Of a stretch of 64,000 nucleotides of DNA, positions 15,437-30,400 are shown one piece after another. How positions within the stretch are numbered: the first letter of the stretch is position 1; each line of letters starts with the position of its first letter. The notes below the pieces were generated by a model that searched no databases, was not told where the DNA came from, and saw only the letters and a program-made list of their open reading frames with translations. Made by a program: the position numbers and the translations under genes. Source of the stretch: Balanoglossus misakiensis (lineage: Eukaryota > Animalia > Hemichordata); the NCBI GenBank assembly GCA_040954595.2, contig CM082577.2:4092305-4156304 (forward strand), read 5' to 3'.

Positions 15437-18400
15437 TCAATCATCAGTTTTAAGCAGACAGATAACTTCATCCACTGTTGTTTTCAAGTCTCGACACCAC
15501 ACACTGTCATGTGACAGGAACCGAGGCAGTACCATGTTGTCAATATATCTGCAACCGTGTCAAGGTTTTGAAGAGTGGAAATGATGTGTTGCAGTCAGTA
15601 AGGGCAATGGCTGTATGGTCATCTCACCACAGGATGCTTACAACATAGCAAAAATACACAGCTGATGGAGCATGAAGTGGTCGAAATGATAAGGATACAG
15701 AGGTGAAGTGTTTCTCTCAATACCGCTGACTTCTTCCAGCATGGAAACCAGTTTATCCTTGTACTTCAATTTCAAGAACTTCGCCACATTGGGAAATGTG
15801 TGAAGCTGGAAAATTAGAAACAGAGGATTTGAGATAAAATGGTGAAGATAGCATCCTAATATTTTCTCTCAAGCAGTCTTGCACATGCTGGTGGAAGTTA
15901 TTTCGAATCAATTGAATACTGCTAAAATATTCCACATCTTGTCTGTATGGAGTCTATTAAAAATGCCAAATATAAATGCCGGTGGGCCCAGGTGGAGTAT
16001 ATATGTATATCCAGTTACTTACAGTGTGTAAAAGATAGAGTGTTGATATGGGTATGGAATTCTTATGAATACACCAATCCAGTGTAAGTTCCATTAGCTT
16101 CAAATTCCATGGCTGGTGAATTAGATGATTTCCTGAATTGGGTAACAGAGTAAAATGTGAGATTATGTGTATTGGTAACAAAATTTTAACTGGTTGAATA
16201 GACTTTCCATGATAAGAAGCACTAGGCATATGATGTTTTGTCCTAAATAAAATACAACATGGAGATACCACGCAAACTATAATGAACATTTAATTGGCAT
16301 TTCTTACTGAAAGTTCTATCACGTTTTGAATACATCAGCAGATGGCATAGACAGCTGACAGCACAACACTGAAGTATTTCATTGTCCTGGAAGTAAACAG
16401 ATAACAACTTTTTGAGATGAAATATCACTTTTAAAAGTAAATCTAAATGATCTTCCCTATAATTCAAATGATGTCAAAAAGTGCTTTGAAAAAGTCAGTT
16501 TTCAAGACACAGCTGAAACACAATGACTGGTGACTCACAGTTCCTCCTCAAGGCAACAGCTGTATACTGTTACCCTCATGACCATGTGCACATATACTGA
16601 TCAGTACTTGCCTGTACTATCAATACATTCTGAGCCAATATGTAGAGTTGTTGTAGATGTCTGGTCGGTATGGTAAGATTCACATCTCTGTCACTCAACA
16701 GTGACCTCTCCGAATCTGAGAAGAAGCTGACAAAGCAACTGCTAAACTCTGTGGACAACACAGCACTCCACAAATGCAAGGCACTTGCTGAAATCAAAGT
16801 GGATATCATAACATGATTGCCAATGCCAGTCAATAATTTTATTACATGAAGTAGTGACCACATTTAATTTATATTGAATTATAAATACACTGCTTTGGAA
16901 CACACAAACTCACAAGTTGCTTTAAACACAGAAAAGAGTAATACATATTACAAAGAATAATTTGCAGGAATGCTTTGTGTCTGCTTATGCGTATCTAAGC
17001 TCAATAATGCCTACCTTGGACTAAGACTGACTGTTTTCCACTGACTAGCCTGACTAGATACTGGATGTCAAAGCAAACTCTGTGCTCTACCTACAATGAA
17101 ACCACCTCAAGTGAAAATCTGTGATTGGCTACATCTGCTGCTAAATTCCATGGTAAACTGTGGATACACTTGCACGTATACTGTGTACCTTTAACTCTCT
17201 TCCGGATAAAAATATTGTATATTCTGATGGTGCCAAATAGGAAAAGTTGAACGTGGATATACCATAAACCAATGAAAATACCAGGATACAAGGCCACACA
17301 GAGGATTAGACAACTGTCAATTACTAATACTCAAGAGAATCATAGTTATCATTATGCTCACATGTGTTTTGTGTTTGTGGAAAAGCTGGACTAGAAGAGC
17401 TATGGTAGTCAGGGTGGTACTGAGATACACCGGCAGACATTCAAGTTTAGACCAGTCTTCCAACATCACAAACAGGTGGTTGTTGGATAGCACCATTGGT
17501 AAGACTGCATGCATGGAAATATAGTGAAGAGATATCACCGAGTAGAATGGAAATTTTAATAATCTCCTGTAGATAATCTAACAGACATCAATCGCACGTC
17601 CTTCCCACCTGATCAGCTTTATTCTGGATAATAGTGTATTGTACTTTTAGAAATTTGTGTAGAAATTAAAATGATTCTGTGAATTCAGAATGAAAGTCAT
17701 ACAACTCAGCAAGAGAGGGATCAAGCTCACCAGAGCCAACATTCTGTTGGATTGTCTGCATCAATGTCAAGTTCAAGTAATTCAACGCATGGAACTGGAG
17801 TTCAATGTCCGCATTATTATCACTCTGATTGAAGAGTTTACAAACTGAAAGGGAAAGTGTTGAAAGCTATCAGGAAATGCAGTGGCATCATTCAAATAAA
17901 AACAAGGTACATTTCAAGTTCAAGTTTATAACTCTCGAGAAATTCTATACATCCGAAATGTGTCTACAATAAAGTGAGTTTCAAGAAGGAAAACCCTCAA
18001 TTAGCTCGAGATCAAGAATATTGCGCTTGTGATTGTCAGGTTTCAATTTATCAAACAAGAATACAATATTGATTTTCACTTACCATGATATAATAATTTG
18101 AGATTGATGATGTTAGATGGTGAGCTCTGAGTAGACGTGAGATGGACTTGACACAGCAATGTTAAAAGCAACTTTAGCTGTCCTACAGATTAGGGAAAGA
18201 AATCACAAAATCATTCAAAATTATCCCGTTAGTTTTGGGAGTGATTCTGCATTGTACAGATTCATTTCAATCCACAAACCCCTCTCCATCATCACAGAAT
18301 TTTCCAAACATTTGCAAATAGTATGAAGTTCAATAGAATTCTAGTCTTGGACAAAAACCACAAAACGATACTTACCTTTGTCTGTCTGGGGATGTAGGAT

Positions 18401-21400
18401 AATTTTTTGTAAGATGTCAGTCAATGAATTGACTATCTCATCCACTGTTTCAGTTGTAATGTTTGCTGTTGATAAGAAATCCTTCAACAGAACTATAACA
18501 ATCTCACCAATATCTTCAGAGACCATTGTAAGTATCTCCTGGAAATGATATGCCATTAATTAAGAAAGGAAACGTTTTATAATATGAAGACAGAAAACTT
18601 CATACGAATTGCAGACATTACCGGTATATGTAATTTAATATCTAAGTGATTGCATAGGAAATGCATCTATTTCATCATGTTCAAATCTTTCTAATGGATT
18701 TTATATATATAAAGCTGGTTTCACTTTTTAATCATTGCGCTTGAAATGTTTCAACCATATTGCAGGTTATACGTATCAACTTTCCCTAGCTCTGGAAAAC
18801 AAATCAAAGTCAAATTTCTGAAGTTACAGTAAATGGTTTAAAATTGCAGAAAATGCAGAGGCTGTTTAAATGCCTCTCTTAAATTCAGGAAAATGGTAGT
18901 GATAGGTACCAAGAGAAACTTACCAGAATCACTTGTATGCAACGTGTGTTTGATCCCAGTATTTCTTTGATCAAAGAGAAGTCTGAACCATTCTTGTCTT
19001 TCATTGATGTCAACCAAAGTGTGACCTGCCATCAGCAAAAACAACCAATTAAAGCATGCACATGAGGTGTGTTATAATTATGTGTACATGATACTGGGAA
19101 ATCAATAAGTTGTATGTATCATACCAGGTTCCTTGTTACACTTGGGGTCATTACAGGAGTAGAGAAACACCACTGCAACACAGCTGGATTATGTGTATAG
19201 ACACAGGATAAATCTGGTAATCTGTTCAATCCTTGGATTAGCAATGCACAACCTGAAATAACATGTAAAGGTGCATTTCTGATTGAATAAATTGTGAAAT
19301 GTATTGTATAAAAGAAAAATGTCTCTATATATTTTCTTTCCAGATTATCATCTGGTTTAAAGACTACTTTGAAATGGGTCATGTCCAATAAACACTTCTG
19401 TAGACGTTCAGAGATACGTTCAAAGTTCAGAAAGTAATAATATTCACAGCATATTTCTGTTACCTTCACTTGCAGTACTTGGCTGCACAGATTGATGGCA
19501 GACTGCATGCAACAGAAGGATATATTTTACTACATGACTGGGTAAACTGGCAACATCAGCATGGTTCCTGAGAAAAGTCTCCAAAACACCAAAGAGGACA
19601 CCTTCCTCGATCATCCTTCAAGAAGAAAACGAGAAAAGCACATGATCCTTTTTTACTGACTTCAACAAGATACAATGTAAATGTTGACTTTGCCATTTTC
19701 AAAATTATTTTGATTTTTTTCTTGTTGTATTAAATATAGCTATTGTTTGGTTCATTTCTACTAATAATTTTTTATTTTCTTCTATGCTTAAAAACTTCAG
19801 GTTTTCACAAGAGCCTGTAAATGGGACTTGTGTAGGTTTCTCTAACAAGCAAACAAACAAATAAATACCTATCTCCATAACAGAATGCCAAATATAACAA
19901 AGACAGATAGACAGTTTGTTCAGATGTTACACCATCAATATTGTCCTCTTGTAGACAGCTCATAATATCTTGAATATCGCCTGGAAGTAAATGCAATATT
20001 TTCAATTTTTTTTACTCTACTGCATAATATATTTAAGGATGATTAAATATAAAATCAATCAAAAGTTTCAAACTTGAGTTGAAATTTCCAGTAAGTGTAT
20101 GCAGCTGATAGGAAAATCAGAAACTGAAATTAATTTTAATTTTTCCACTAAGACTAACCAGTTATTTCTTGTTGAAAAGATTTTATACATGGAGAGATTT
20201 TATTGGCCAATATCAGAAATATACAAAAATGTATATTTATAATATTTTACCTGTTGAAGAAGAAAGAGCTGTTTGCATAACCAGCTGACAATTCTGGGTA
20301 TTCAATAATCTATCACACACAGATATCAGGAAGCTGTTTACTGAACTCTCTACCCTAGGGTCATATATAAAGAGATGTAATTATAATTTGCTTCATTTCT
20401 CAACTTATAACACAAAGCTTGTGGAAAGTAACTTTATACGCATTCACTAGTAGTGCGCCCTCTCTGTCAATATGATGTACTGCTGACTCCAAACTCACCG
20501 GTGATGCAAATGCTAAGGAAATTATCCAAACTACATACACGCACCTGGGTATGTTTCGATAGGAAGATTTCACATCCAACGCAATCCGTAGGAATGATGC
20601 AGAAACTGTCAAAGATTGAACAAAGATTGATTAATTACTGTAACAATACCCAATAACGGTCTCTCTCTGATAACTTTTTTCCCTCTCAAAATTCCAAGTT
20701 TCAATCTTACAATCATAAATGTATGTGACTGAATTAATCCTCACCCAATTTTCTGCAAAACTGCTGAACTCCTTGAACTTTCATCTGCTGCACTGCAGTG
20801 AGGACACTGAACAAACTGGCAAAGACACTTCCACATTTGATACTCTCATAATTAGACTGAAATAAAATGATAAATTCCCGGTGGATAAAAGTAAAGTTGA
20901 CCATTAATTGGCCAGTCTCTGTCTGTCTTTGACGTTTAACCACGATGACTACATTACTTACTATAACCAAGGGTACACAGATACCATCACAAACTTGCAA
21001 GAGAGAGCCTTCAAACTGCTCCAATGATTTCCCACTGGTAAATTCCACACTGCTTCTCTCTTGCCACTGCAATGTTAATCTGAAATCAAAACATACCAAG
21101 AGATGACCTGGAGAAAACTGATTTAGGGAGTTTTTTTCTATATTTCAGATTTGGAGGAAGATTAAATGATGCCTTCATTATTCATCAGCGTTCTTTAGAT
21201 TCCCTTTCATTGAAATTCCCGGTTACCATGCACTTTATATATTTTTCTCTCATCTGAAACTAATACTCCATACATTTTGTATTTTGAATTGTCATCAAGC
21301 TCTTCCATGAGTGATGAAATCCCTCAGAGTATTCCCCAGTGGTAGTGAGTTTTACCTTAAAGTCTGATCTAACAACTGCACCAGTGACCTCAGCAATGAC

Positions 21401-24400
21401 TCTTGTGTAGACGGCTTGGATGAAAGAGTTAACTGGTGTTTAATTTCTAACAGACAATCCTGAATTGTTTTCTCAATTATTTCCAAGTCAACTCTGTTGC
21501 CTAGATGGTGCATTCTGAAACAGAAACAGAGCTCATAGTTTGACACTATATAAGCAATGCCACATCAACTACATAGCGTCAAAAGTCACGCAATGTTATG
21601 TCCTTTTAAGCGTGTGCCTGAATAGAGAAACTTTAACATGCAGATACTTTTAACAAGAAATAATCTATATTTTGCTGTATAGTTTTAAATTACATTGTAG
21701 AAAGCAATATCTATTCCCTCTATGTTTTTTTCAATGGTGTACACAAGAGCAAGTGTTTTTATCCAGGGTGTAGTAAAGGGGATCTTATCCCCACCCCTTC
21801 GCCTAACATTACAGGGCCTTGGAATTATTTAGGAGGGATTTGGAATCTTATTTATGAATAGCCGTCATCCGGATGTATTGTAGATTCCCCCATCAAAGTT
21901 CCGACAGCTAGGGTGTGGCTTATAGTTGCCAATCTGTACAAACCCCACAATCCCATAACTCTTCTACATTTGTTCTGCTCTGATAAGAACCGTCCCCTGC
22001 TTATACTTCTGACAGAATCGTCACTGTTTTTTTACCGACCTGAGGCTGTTGGTCATAGCCAGTGAAGCGGATATGGTCAGTGATCTGTGGTGCAAATTCA
22101 GCCCAGATGCGATCAGACCAAACACCTGTTGTAACGCATTCACATTGCTGAATACCGGGATGTTTTCTGGTTGTCTGCACAGACAAAATGAAACATAAAA
22201 TACATTTTAATGTGCTATTTTTTGCCTTCCCTATTAGCATCCGACAGGTAGGACACGTTGAGGCTTTTAGGAATAAATCAGCTCTTTATAACAGACGTGA
22301 TAAAAGAAAATAGGATATCCTGATTGTTTGTAAGGACAAAAGTATACCTGGTAGCAAAAGTTTATGAGCCAATTTATAGATGTCTGACGAAACCTTTTAC
22401 GACCAATTTAAAATTACGTGTTTTCATTATAGGTGACAGTCTGCGGTTTTATGTGTGGCTTTCGCGTAACAAAGACTGCCCTCTAGAGGCAGAGTGGGGC
22501 ACCGACACAAGTTCTGGGAATGGGAGGAACTAGTACCAGGGTGGAAGGGTTAAACTATTGGCAAATAAATCTACAAATTATACAGATTTACAGGTCAGAG
22601 CGAGAGGTACACATAACAAACTCACATCCGTAAAGAAACACAACGTAAACATGCTATATAGTCTCACACCCACGCACGATGAACTTGTGAATATCTTGGA
22701 CTATAAAGTGTTGTAGAACTTTAATAAATCACTTTCTATGTTTTTCCTTTTCAGTTTGGGGTAAACTGAAATCGGTGTCAATGGCTGCCAAATAGTTACC
22801 CCATCCCTCTGAGGTCTGAGGTTTTAAAAAGTAAACTCTACTGAGAAACCTCTCTGCAGAAAGGTCAAAATTCATAGAAGGTCAATTACTGAATCCATTA
22901 ACCAAACATGATCTGTCACTTACTTCAGCAGAATTTCTCCCAACATCTGGAAGCTGATGGATGGAAAAAGACAGACTTATATAAATAAACAGTAAACTCT
23001 GACAGCTATTAACTTGGTGTATATCTAACACAAAGTACAAGATGGTTTCACAGGCATAGATCTATTCAAAGTACATGGCAAGAAAAGATCCAAGTGTACA
23101 TGCACATGCATGCATGTAACTCTGGTCTCATTGAGCAAGCTTCAGATGTGATCTATTTTTGTAACCAGGATAATGATTAAGAAAGCGATCTGTGTGCCAT
23201 TTGACGTCATCTGGATGTACTAAACACGGTTCATTAAATTTTAATGTTACCATCCAGCGTCACGAATGTATAAAAGTTCACTCTGTGATAGTTCTATTTT
23301 TTTTCAAGAGATTCCAGTGCAGTCTGCAATTTCCATGTCATCTTTTCTTGGCTCGATCTGCCAAGAACATTGCAGCCAATACCACGACTACATTTATTGT
23401 ACGTCCCCTCGCACAAGTCGTTTTCTCGACTATAGTCTAATTTTCGGAGAGCAAAGACCTTGGCAGGGCGAAGATGGACTACACTGAACTTATTATGAAC
23501 CTAAACTAATCTCCCGGGGTTAAAGATGATGTAACTGGTGTCCTCTTGATGAGACACACAGAATTTGATCCTCTGTTGATTAGAGGTCAGATAACAGTCA
23601 AGGCACGGCTAATTACATTAAGGGTACGTCCCCCGCCTCCCTGACCATAAACTTACTTCCAATCACCAGAAAACACTTTTTTGATTGACATCATGGGGAT
23701 GCCTTATACATCCCCAAAATTTCAGACAACTACATTTTTTGCTCATTTGTACCGGTACAATTTGATAGAAACAAAAATCACATCTTCAATTCAGGAGATC
23801 AAACCAACATCATGGAAGCCAATGCTATACGTTTAATAGTCTTGCGGATTCCAGAATTTATTATCATCCTAGCTGCAGCCTGTTTTTAAAAGATGAAATT
23901 TAATTGATGTATCACATATCACTTACATTATAGCACAGTTATAATGTTAATGGCTGGATGAGCTATAACATTGGTCAAATTGTCGGTAGATAATGGTACC
24001 TCACACTAAACGAGCATGATAGGATGCCATTCTAGCATGGATCCCACTATTAAATTTGATGTCACCAAGTCTGATATTTCTGCTTGAAGATGACTGTAAA
24101 AATTCCAGGCATATGAGGCATGGTATACAGTCCGAAGATTTCTTAAATTCTTTCTCTATCAATAATGTTGAATATTTTTTTACATTTTCTGAACACCTTT
24201 ATAAAAGTTTGTTTCAATACTGAGACAGATTACTGGCAGCAGCCTGAGTGTGCCCTCTAAGCCTTAGTTTGATGTGCCACTGACTCAACAAACTCACTGG
24301 TGACTCAAGAAATAACCCTCAAATTGACTGAAAGTTTTTAAAAATTATATTTGTTGCAGGGCACACTGTCTATCAGCATATTATGCAATATGACCTGGAT

Positions 24401-27400
24401 CTACGATGCTCGCTTTTTTACCTCAAAATATCAACATATATGGTGACGTATCATCCATTGGTTTCAAAGTGAAAACATTATAATCAACTATAATCTAAGA
24501 TCTTGCCTTTGATGGCCTGAATTTCAGAATGCCATGTGCACTATGGTGCACAACTAGGTCGTGTACTGGTCGCAGGACATCTTCAATCAATCACATGTGA
24601 ATAAACAATATTGCCAAAACATTTGTACCAGAGTGGCACCCAATAGGGTGATGGGTGGGTGTCTAAATTTACAAGGGTATTGCGTACTTTTAAAAAACTT
24701 TTATTACATGATCTGTATACTATGTAGTTTTGAATGAGTGTTCCCCTCTACTCCACTGCCCCATCTTTAAGAGCTACCACCAAAAGTACGAAGCTCTTTT
24801 AACACTGATAAAGAGCATCAGTGCTATTGGAATTGCTCACTACTATCTACCCCCGGTAGACCCCACACTCACTGTTACGCATCAAAAATAACATCCAACT
24901 TGGATACATCATACATGCATGACCATTACCAAATTACTTACAATTTATTACTGAGTAAATTAACCATGTACTCCGTAAGTGGTGACAGCGATCTTGAATG
25001 GCAAGGCTGATATATATCATTTTATATTTTATTGCAATTGGTTCTGGTGCAGAGTATGGAGGTCACCGAAAGGGAAATCTTGTTCGAACTTTCAGTCATC
25101 AGCAAAATTTTCATGGATGTTTCTGTACATAAAATGCTGGTACATTGCATCTTGAAATTTACCAGTTTCCGCCCGCAGGTCAGATGGAGCCTGACTGGTA
25201 CAGATGGTACTTACCCCTTGGTTGCCACTTTGACATGATTGGCCTGGATGCAGTGCTGGAGGGCTCGCATTATTGCTTCCAGTCCGTACACACTGTGACA
25301 TTTACTGTAGAAATCACTGCAGCTGCTCAGTAACAACAAACAACAGAAAACAGACCTGCAACATCAAAACATGCAGACATCAGTATGACAAACAAATATC
25401 CCTCACTTAAACTAAAGGGTGAATGCATGTTAATTCTCCTGTCTGCAGCTGTTGGTATGGGTCCCATACAACGCAACTGCTAGCGAGTAAAAGTGGGCGC
25501 AAAGTGTAGCTGCTACAATGTACATCAAAAAAGTCACATACCCAATCAAGAGGTGGTCCATTGTAGCTAGTGTTTCATAGAGGAACTCTGCCATATCCGC
25601 TTGAAGCAACGTCTCAGCATACATGTCATTCTGGATCAATATCTGACAGAGACATTGAACCACAACGATACGAATACTTGTGTCTGAAGTCTGCAGTAAG
25701 ATCTACAGAAGAATAAGATATTTTCTCACTTTTTCGAACTCTTTATTATTTTGTAGTCGAATACATGAATAGTGCACAAATCAAAGTTTGCATTTTTTAA
25801 TATACATTGGGGCACAATCCCTCAAAAGAAACAAGGCTTGTCATGCATACCTTTTTGAGAACAGAAGGTAGGGAAACTTTCCCAGCATAATTCATCAACC
25901 TTTCTAGGAGTGACTGGTTTTGAATCACCTTTCTCAGGAATCCTACGGGTCAGAAACAAATGTTTACACAAGGTTAATTTCTATGACGCAATTCCAGTCA
26001 CCTGTAAATTGCTTTTTCCAAAACATAATTACTCTGTACTGCTAAGCTTCAACTGTTCGCAATTATAGTCAAGAAAGTTACCTGTTTCTTCACAATGAAA
26101 GTAGGACTTTCATTTCTTTTTTCTTTTTAAAAACACTTTCATGCTAGTCTGAACACAGACATAACACTGAGGTGTAAAGTTTGCCTGATGTACACTTTAC
26201 AGTTTACTGAAGGTATAAAAAAAACACCATCTCAACTACGGAGTTGGTAGTCACTTGCTTAAACACTCAAAACAAGTGAGAGCAGGTTTAGCACGCTACT
26301 TATCACTTAATAGCTAGTTTGTTTAGTGGTGAGTTCTTCAAACAGGGTATATTCACCTACAGCACTCTTATTTGGACTATCAATGTGCAGCTGTTTGAGT
26401 AAGACATTTGAACAGTGCACTTGTCTCTGTAGGATAAGCCATTTGAATAGGCTAATTTAATAAGTATGTCTTACTGTAGTATGACTTTAGTATGTCCTTC
26501 ACTAACAGCTAATTACCTGTGTAAGGTAAGTGTGTTGAATAGGGTAAGTTTACTTACCCAGAGTATTGGTGATCAGCTGCTTAGACTCTGAATTGTCCAA
26601 CAGTAGCAAGATTGCATGGGATACTGGATAATGATGGTCAATGGATAAGTTGGCATCTCCATAAACACTGCACATTGTAAACATGATGGTGGCCTGTACT
26701 TCTTCATCCTCAATGTCAAGGCCAGCCACGAGGTAATGTAAGAACTCACCTACCAACAAAAAGAACTTGATCTCTTCACTTTAAATCACTTTCACTTTTG
26801 AAATTGCTTTTATTTACTTTATAGAATCAAAGTTACATCATTTAATAATTGAACCAATATGTTAACGTTACTACAGCTATTTTTAAATCAACTGAGGAAA
26901 TCAATAAAATATTCTTTGGCTTTAAATAGTAACTGTACAGAAGTCAGTGGGTAAATCGATGTCTGCTCGGGAATAGAACTGAAATGGACTCTTGCCAGCT
27001 TTCCTTTTCCGGACCAATTACTGCTCTATGCATTAAACCTGGGGGACCATGGCATAGCATGTAATATATCATCAATCAGATTAACATTATTTCCGCAAAA
27101 AAGCGCCCTCACAAGTTCAGACATGGTCGGTATGTTACCAATGTAGTAAATATTCATACCAGCTCAGAAAGTGTGAAGATGGTTTCAAAACACTTTTAAA
27201 TCAAACAAACAAAACGAAATAGCGATCCCTGTCTTATCTTATCAGTGATAAAGTGTCTGTTAAAAATTTGAAGTCTGATAAACTCTGAGTACCTTGATTG
27301 AGGAGCAAAGGCTGCACCAACGTCGACACATTCTGGCAAAGGTGACCGACGAGAGATAATCCAGCCACAACTGGAGAACCTGGCTTGGTTTGCAAAATCT

Positions 27401-30400
27401 ACAAGTAAAATAACATAATTGGAGGATCATTGATTGTGTGCCCTCTTCCTATCTTTAACATTTGTAAGATATTGACTTTGTCCAGACATTAAAATCTCCA
27501 GTTTTCTTGATCTCTCCTGGACTGTTGAAGTACGTGTCAATATAAATGTAAGGAATGCAGTAAGGGGTTGCAAAAGACATGTTTGGTTATTGGCAAAGGT
27601 GAAACATGTTACAAGAAGGAACCTGTACTCACAAGGCGGGTCAATATTTAAAGAGTGGTGCGGGCATCAGTCATCATATATGTGGTGAAATGACATAAGA
27701 CCGACCTGGACAGTTTGTGTTCAAATTTACAGAATGTTCTCATAAACATGTTGCTTATACCAGAATTGCAATAAAAAATAACCTTGCCCTTGTGTCACAG
27801 TTCCAAGACTGTAAAAGTTCAACATATTTTTTATATATTTTATGTTGTACTTAAGTCCTTGTGGAATTAGTTGCAATATCGCTATTTTTCAAGGGTGACA
27901 GCTGATACTGTTTTTTTATTCATACTCATGGGAACTTAAACTTTTGTTACTATCAAAACCCACAAACCATTGAAGCTCATCAAAATTCTCCCTAATGCAT
28001 GATCATCCTATCAATTTTCTAATTTGTTGCCTATTTTCCAGTATTTGGCCATTTCTACACCATATACTACAGGAAATTGTCATATCTGGTAAATCACACA
28101 TGCATATACTAGTATGAGATGGGCATGAGCCAAAATAAGCTGAGATGTGCAAATAAAATAAAAAAAGAGCAGAATACGTCTGCCACAGATCAGACAGAAT
28201 GAGCAGATAAGCACCGGATGCAAGAGCCAAGCTCTGGCATTCAGAGTATTTTGCGCAGCCAATAATGCAGATATGTGGGCAGACGGCATAGCTGACATAG
28301 TGTTACTGGCTCTGCACGGCCGGCAGACTTGTTGTTTGGAGATGTCACTGGGTCAAGGCCCAGACAACTCTCTGATAATTGAAGTAAAGGACTTCAGGGA
28401 TGCCTAAGCCTATCAGTGACAATGTTAGGCCAGCTTGCTCAGTTATTTGCTTTTCACTGTAAGGCCTACAATTGGGTGGCAACCGAAAAGAAAAAGAAAG
28501 CAAATACGCGTAATATCTGTGTTTTGTAATCAAATTAACTTACAAATATGTTGTTCTGTCAAATAGATGATGGCACACAGGGTCAAATGATTTACATATG
28601 GACACTTTAAAAGTAAGTAAACTGACATTTTTTCATCAACGGACCAGATGCAGTATTGAATGATGGTGATCACATGCCGATATACCATATCTGGCCATAG
28701 AGGGCATTGTTTGGACTAAAATCTGTGGTACGTTGCCTAAACAACTGCAAAAAAGGCCACTGACCATTAAATAAAAAGGGGCTTTCATGTCCACTTTGGA
28801 AAAACAGTCACATACATCGCACTTAACAGCTTCGGTCATTTCAACCAAGACTTGTCTTTGAAAAACAGTCACATACATCGCACTTAACAGCTTCAGTCAT
28901 TTCAACCAAGACTTGTCTTTGAAAACAATGTCACAGACCATTTAAAACGGCCTGCCTGGGAAACCCCAGCAGCCGACCATTTAAACATAGCTGACCTTGT
29001 AAAACATTACCTCTGTCTGACCATTTAAAATCGGCTTGCTACCTTCGATAGAAAACAGAGCCAGTCTGTCCATTTAAAATGGCCATGCCTTGGAAACCAT
29101 TAAACCACAAAATGATATCATAATCATCAGTTTGCAGGGACAGTGAATACGGTTGCCATAGCAACCTTGATGTATGCCCCTGAAGTCCTTGTCAATGTGA
29201 CCTAATGCATCAATCACACTGGGACATAAGAAATATGAACACGCCCCTAAATTTATTGAAAGTTAGTTCAGGACTGCAGTGTATCACATTTCAGCAAATT
29301 TTATTTTTAAGTTTGGAGCAAACAGGAAGTTGGTTTCATTTATATTTTTACATCACAGTGGTACAAATAGATGTGTAGGATGCCAATGCTCTAAAAGGAG
29401 TCTCAGTCTTAGCAAGGGAAAACCAGGCAACACAACATCTATGTCTGACAGCCCTGGCATTCGTTGTTTTCTATGGTACGGTTGGACCTCCAAAGAGGGA
29501 ACTGGTGTGTTCATCTTGAGGAAATTTAATTGGGATATGCCTGTGGCTCCTTCATTATATTGTCCAGTGTAATCAGTACTGTTTTATTTTTACAGCTTCG
29601 TTTCTAGGATTAACCTTTTTCATTTTCGCCGCTTCCATTTTTCTAAGCAGTTGATGTCCTCCAAGAGAACTGCAACACCTTTTAAAAAACTTCCAATAGG
29701 CCCCACACTCATCACTGTATGCAGCCGAGTCCAGTGATATGATATCATTGTGCAGATCCGATTGCAGACTCTATCTTGTAAATACATCTTGTTAAAAAAT
29801 AATTGAAACAGAAGTTGACATGAGATGGAGTTTAAATAAAAAGAAAATGACTTTAAATCTTTGCTCTGTGGACTGAATATGTGCTTTAATGTTTTTGATT
29901 AATTACATTGACTCATCTGGAAGAATTCTGTTTGCAATACATGCATACATACATACATTCATACCGGTACATACATACATACATATATACAGACAGACAG
30001 ACAAACAGACAGAAAGACACACTAACTAAGCCCATTATTAAGCTGATAAATGGGAGCTAAAAGTAAAATAAATGACAGCAAATTTAGCCAACACTTTAAA
30101 GGCACAGCAAACTCTCAATGGTGTCCTTCAGAAATCTGAGTTTCATATACTCTGAGTTTTCGACCCCAAATAGCACGTTTTTTCAGAAATATATTCAGTT
30201 CCAGTTTCAGAAACTAGACGCATATATACATATTTTAGCAAGGGATGCTGGAAATCATAAGAACCTGGTAAAAGATGAGATTTTCAACTTGAAGTGTGAA
30301 AGAAAGTGATATGATATTGTGCGCAGGCTGTTAAGAGTACCATGAAGGTTGTTGCCCCCGTCGTGTGCGTATATTGACGTCATAGGGCGGCAAACCCCTA

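Noticed and set aside
23618-24693. Possible TTAA-flanked element (GGGTACG...CGTACTT)
   Set aside because: The inverted match is too short and imperfect to call.
28936-29110. Repeat-spacer pattern superficially like a CRISPR array
   Set aside because: Cores are only about 11 bp, spacers are related to each other, there are no cas genes, and the context is a eukaryotic intron.
29620-29787. 55-aa minus-strand ORF (MYLQDRVCNR...KWKRRK)
   Set aside because: Short, no known motif, and expected by chance.
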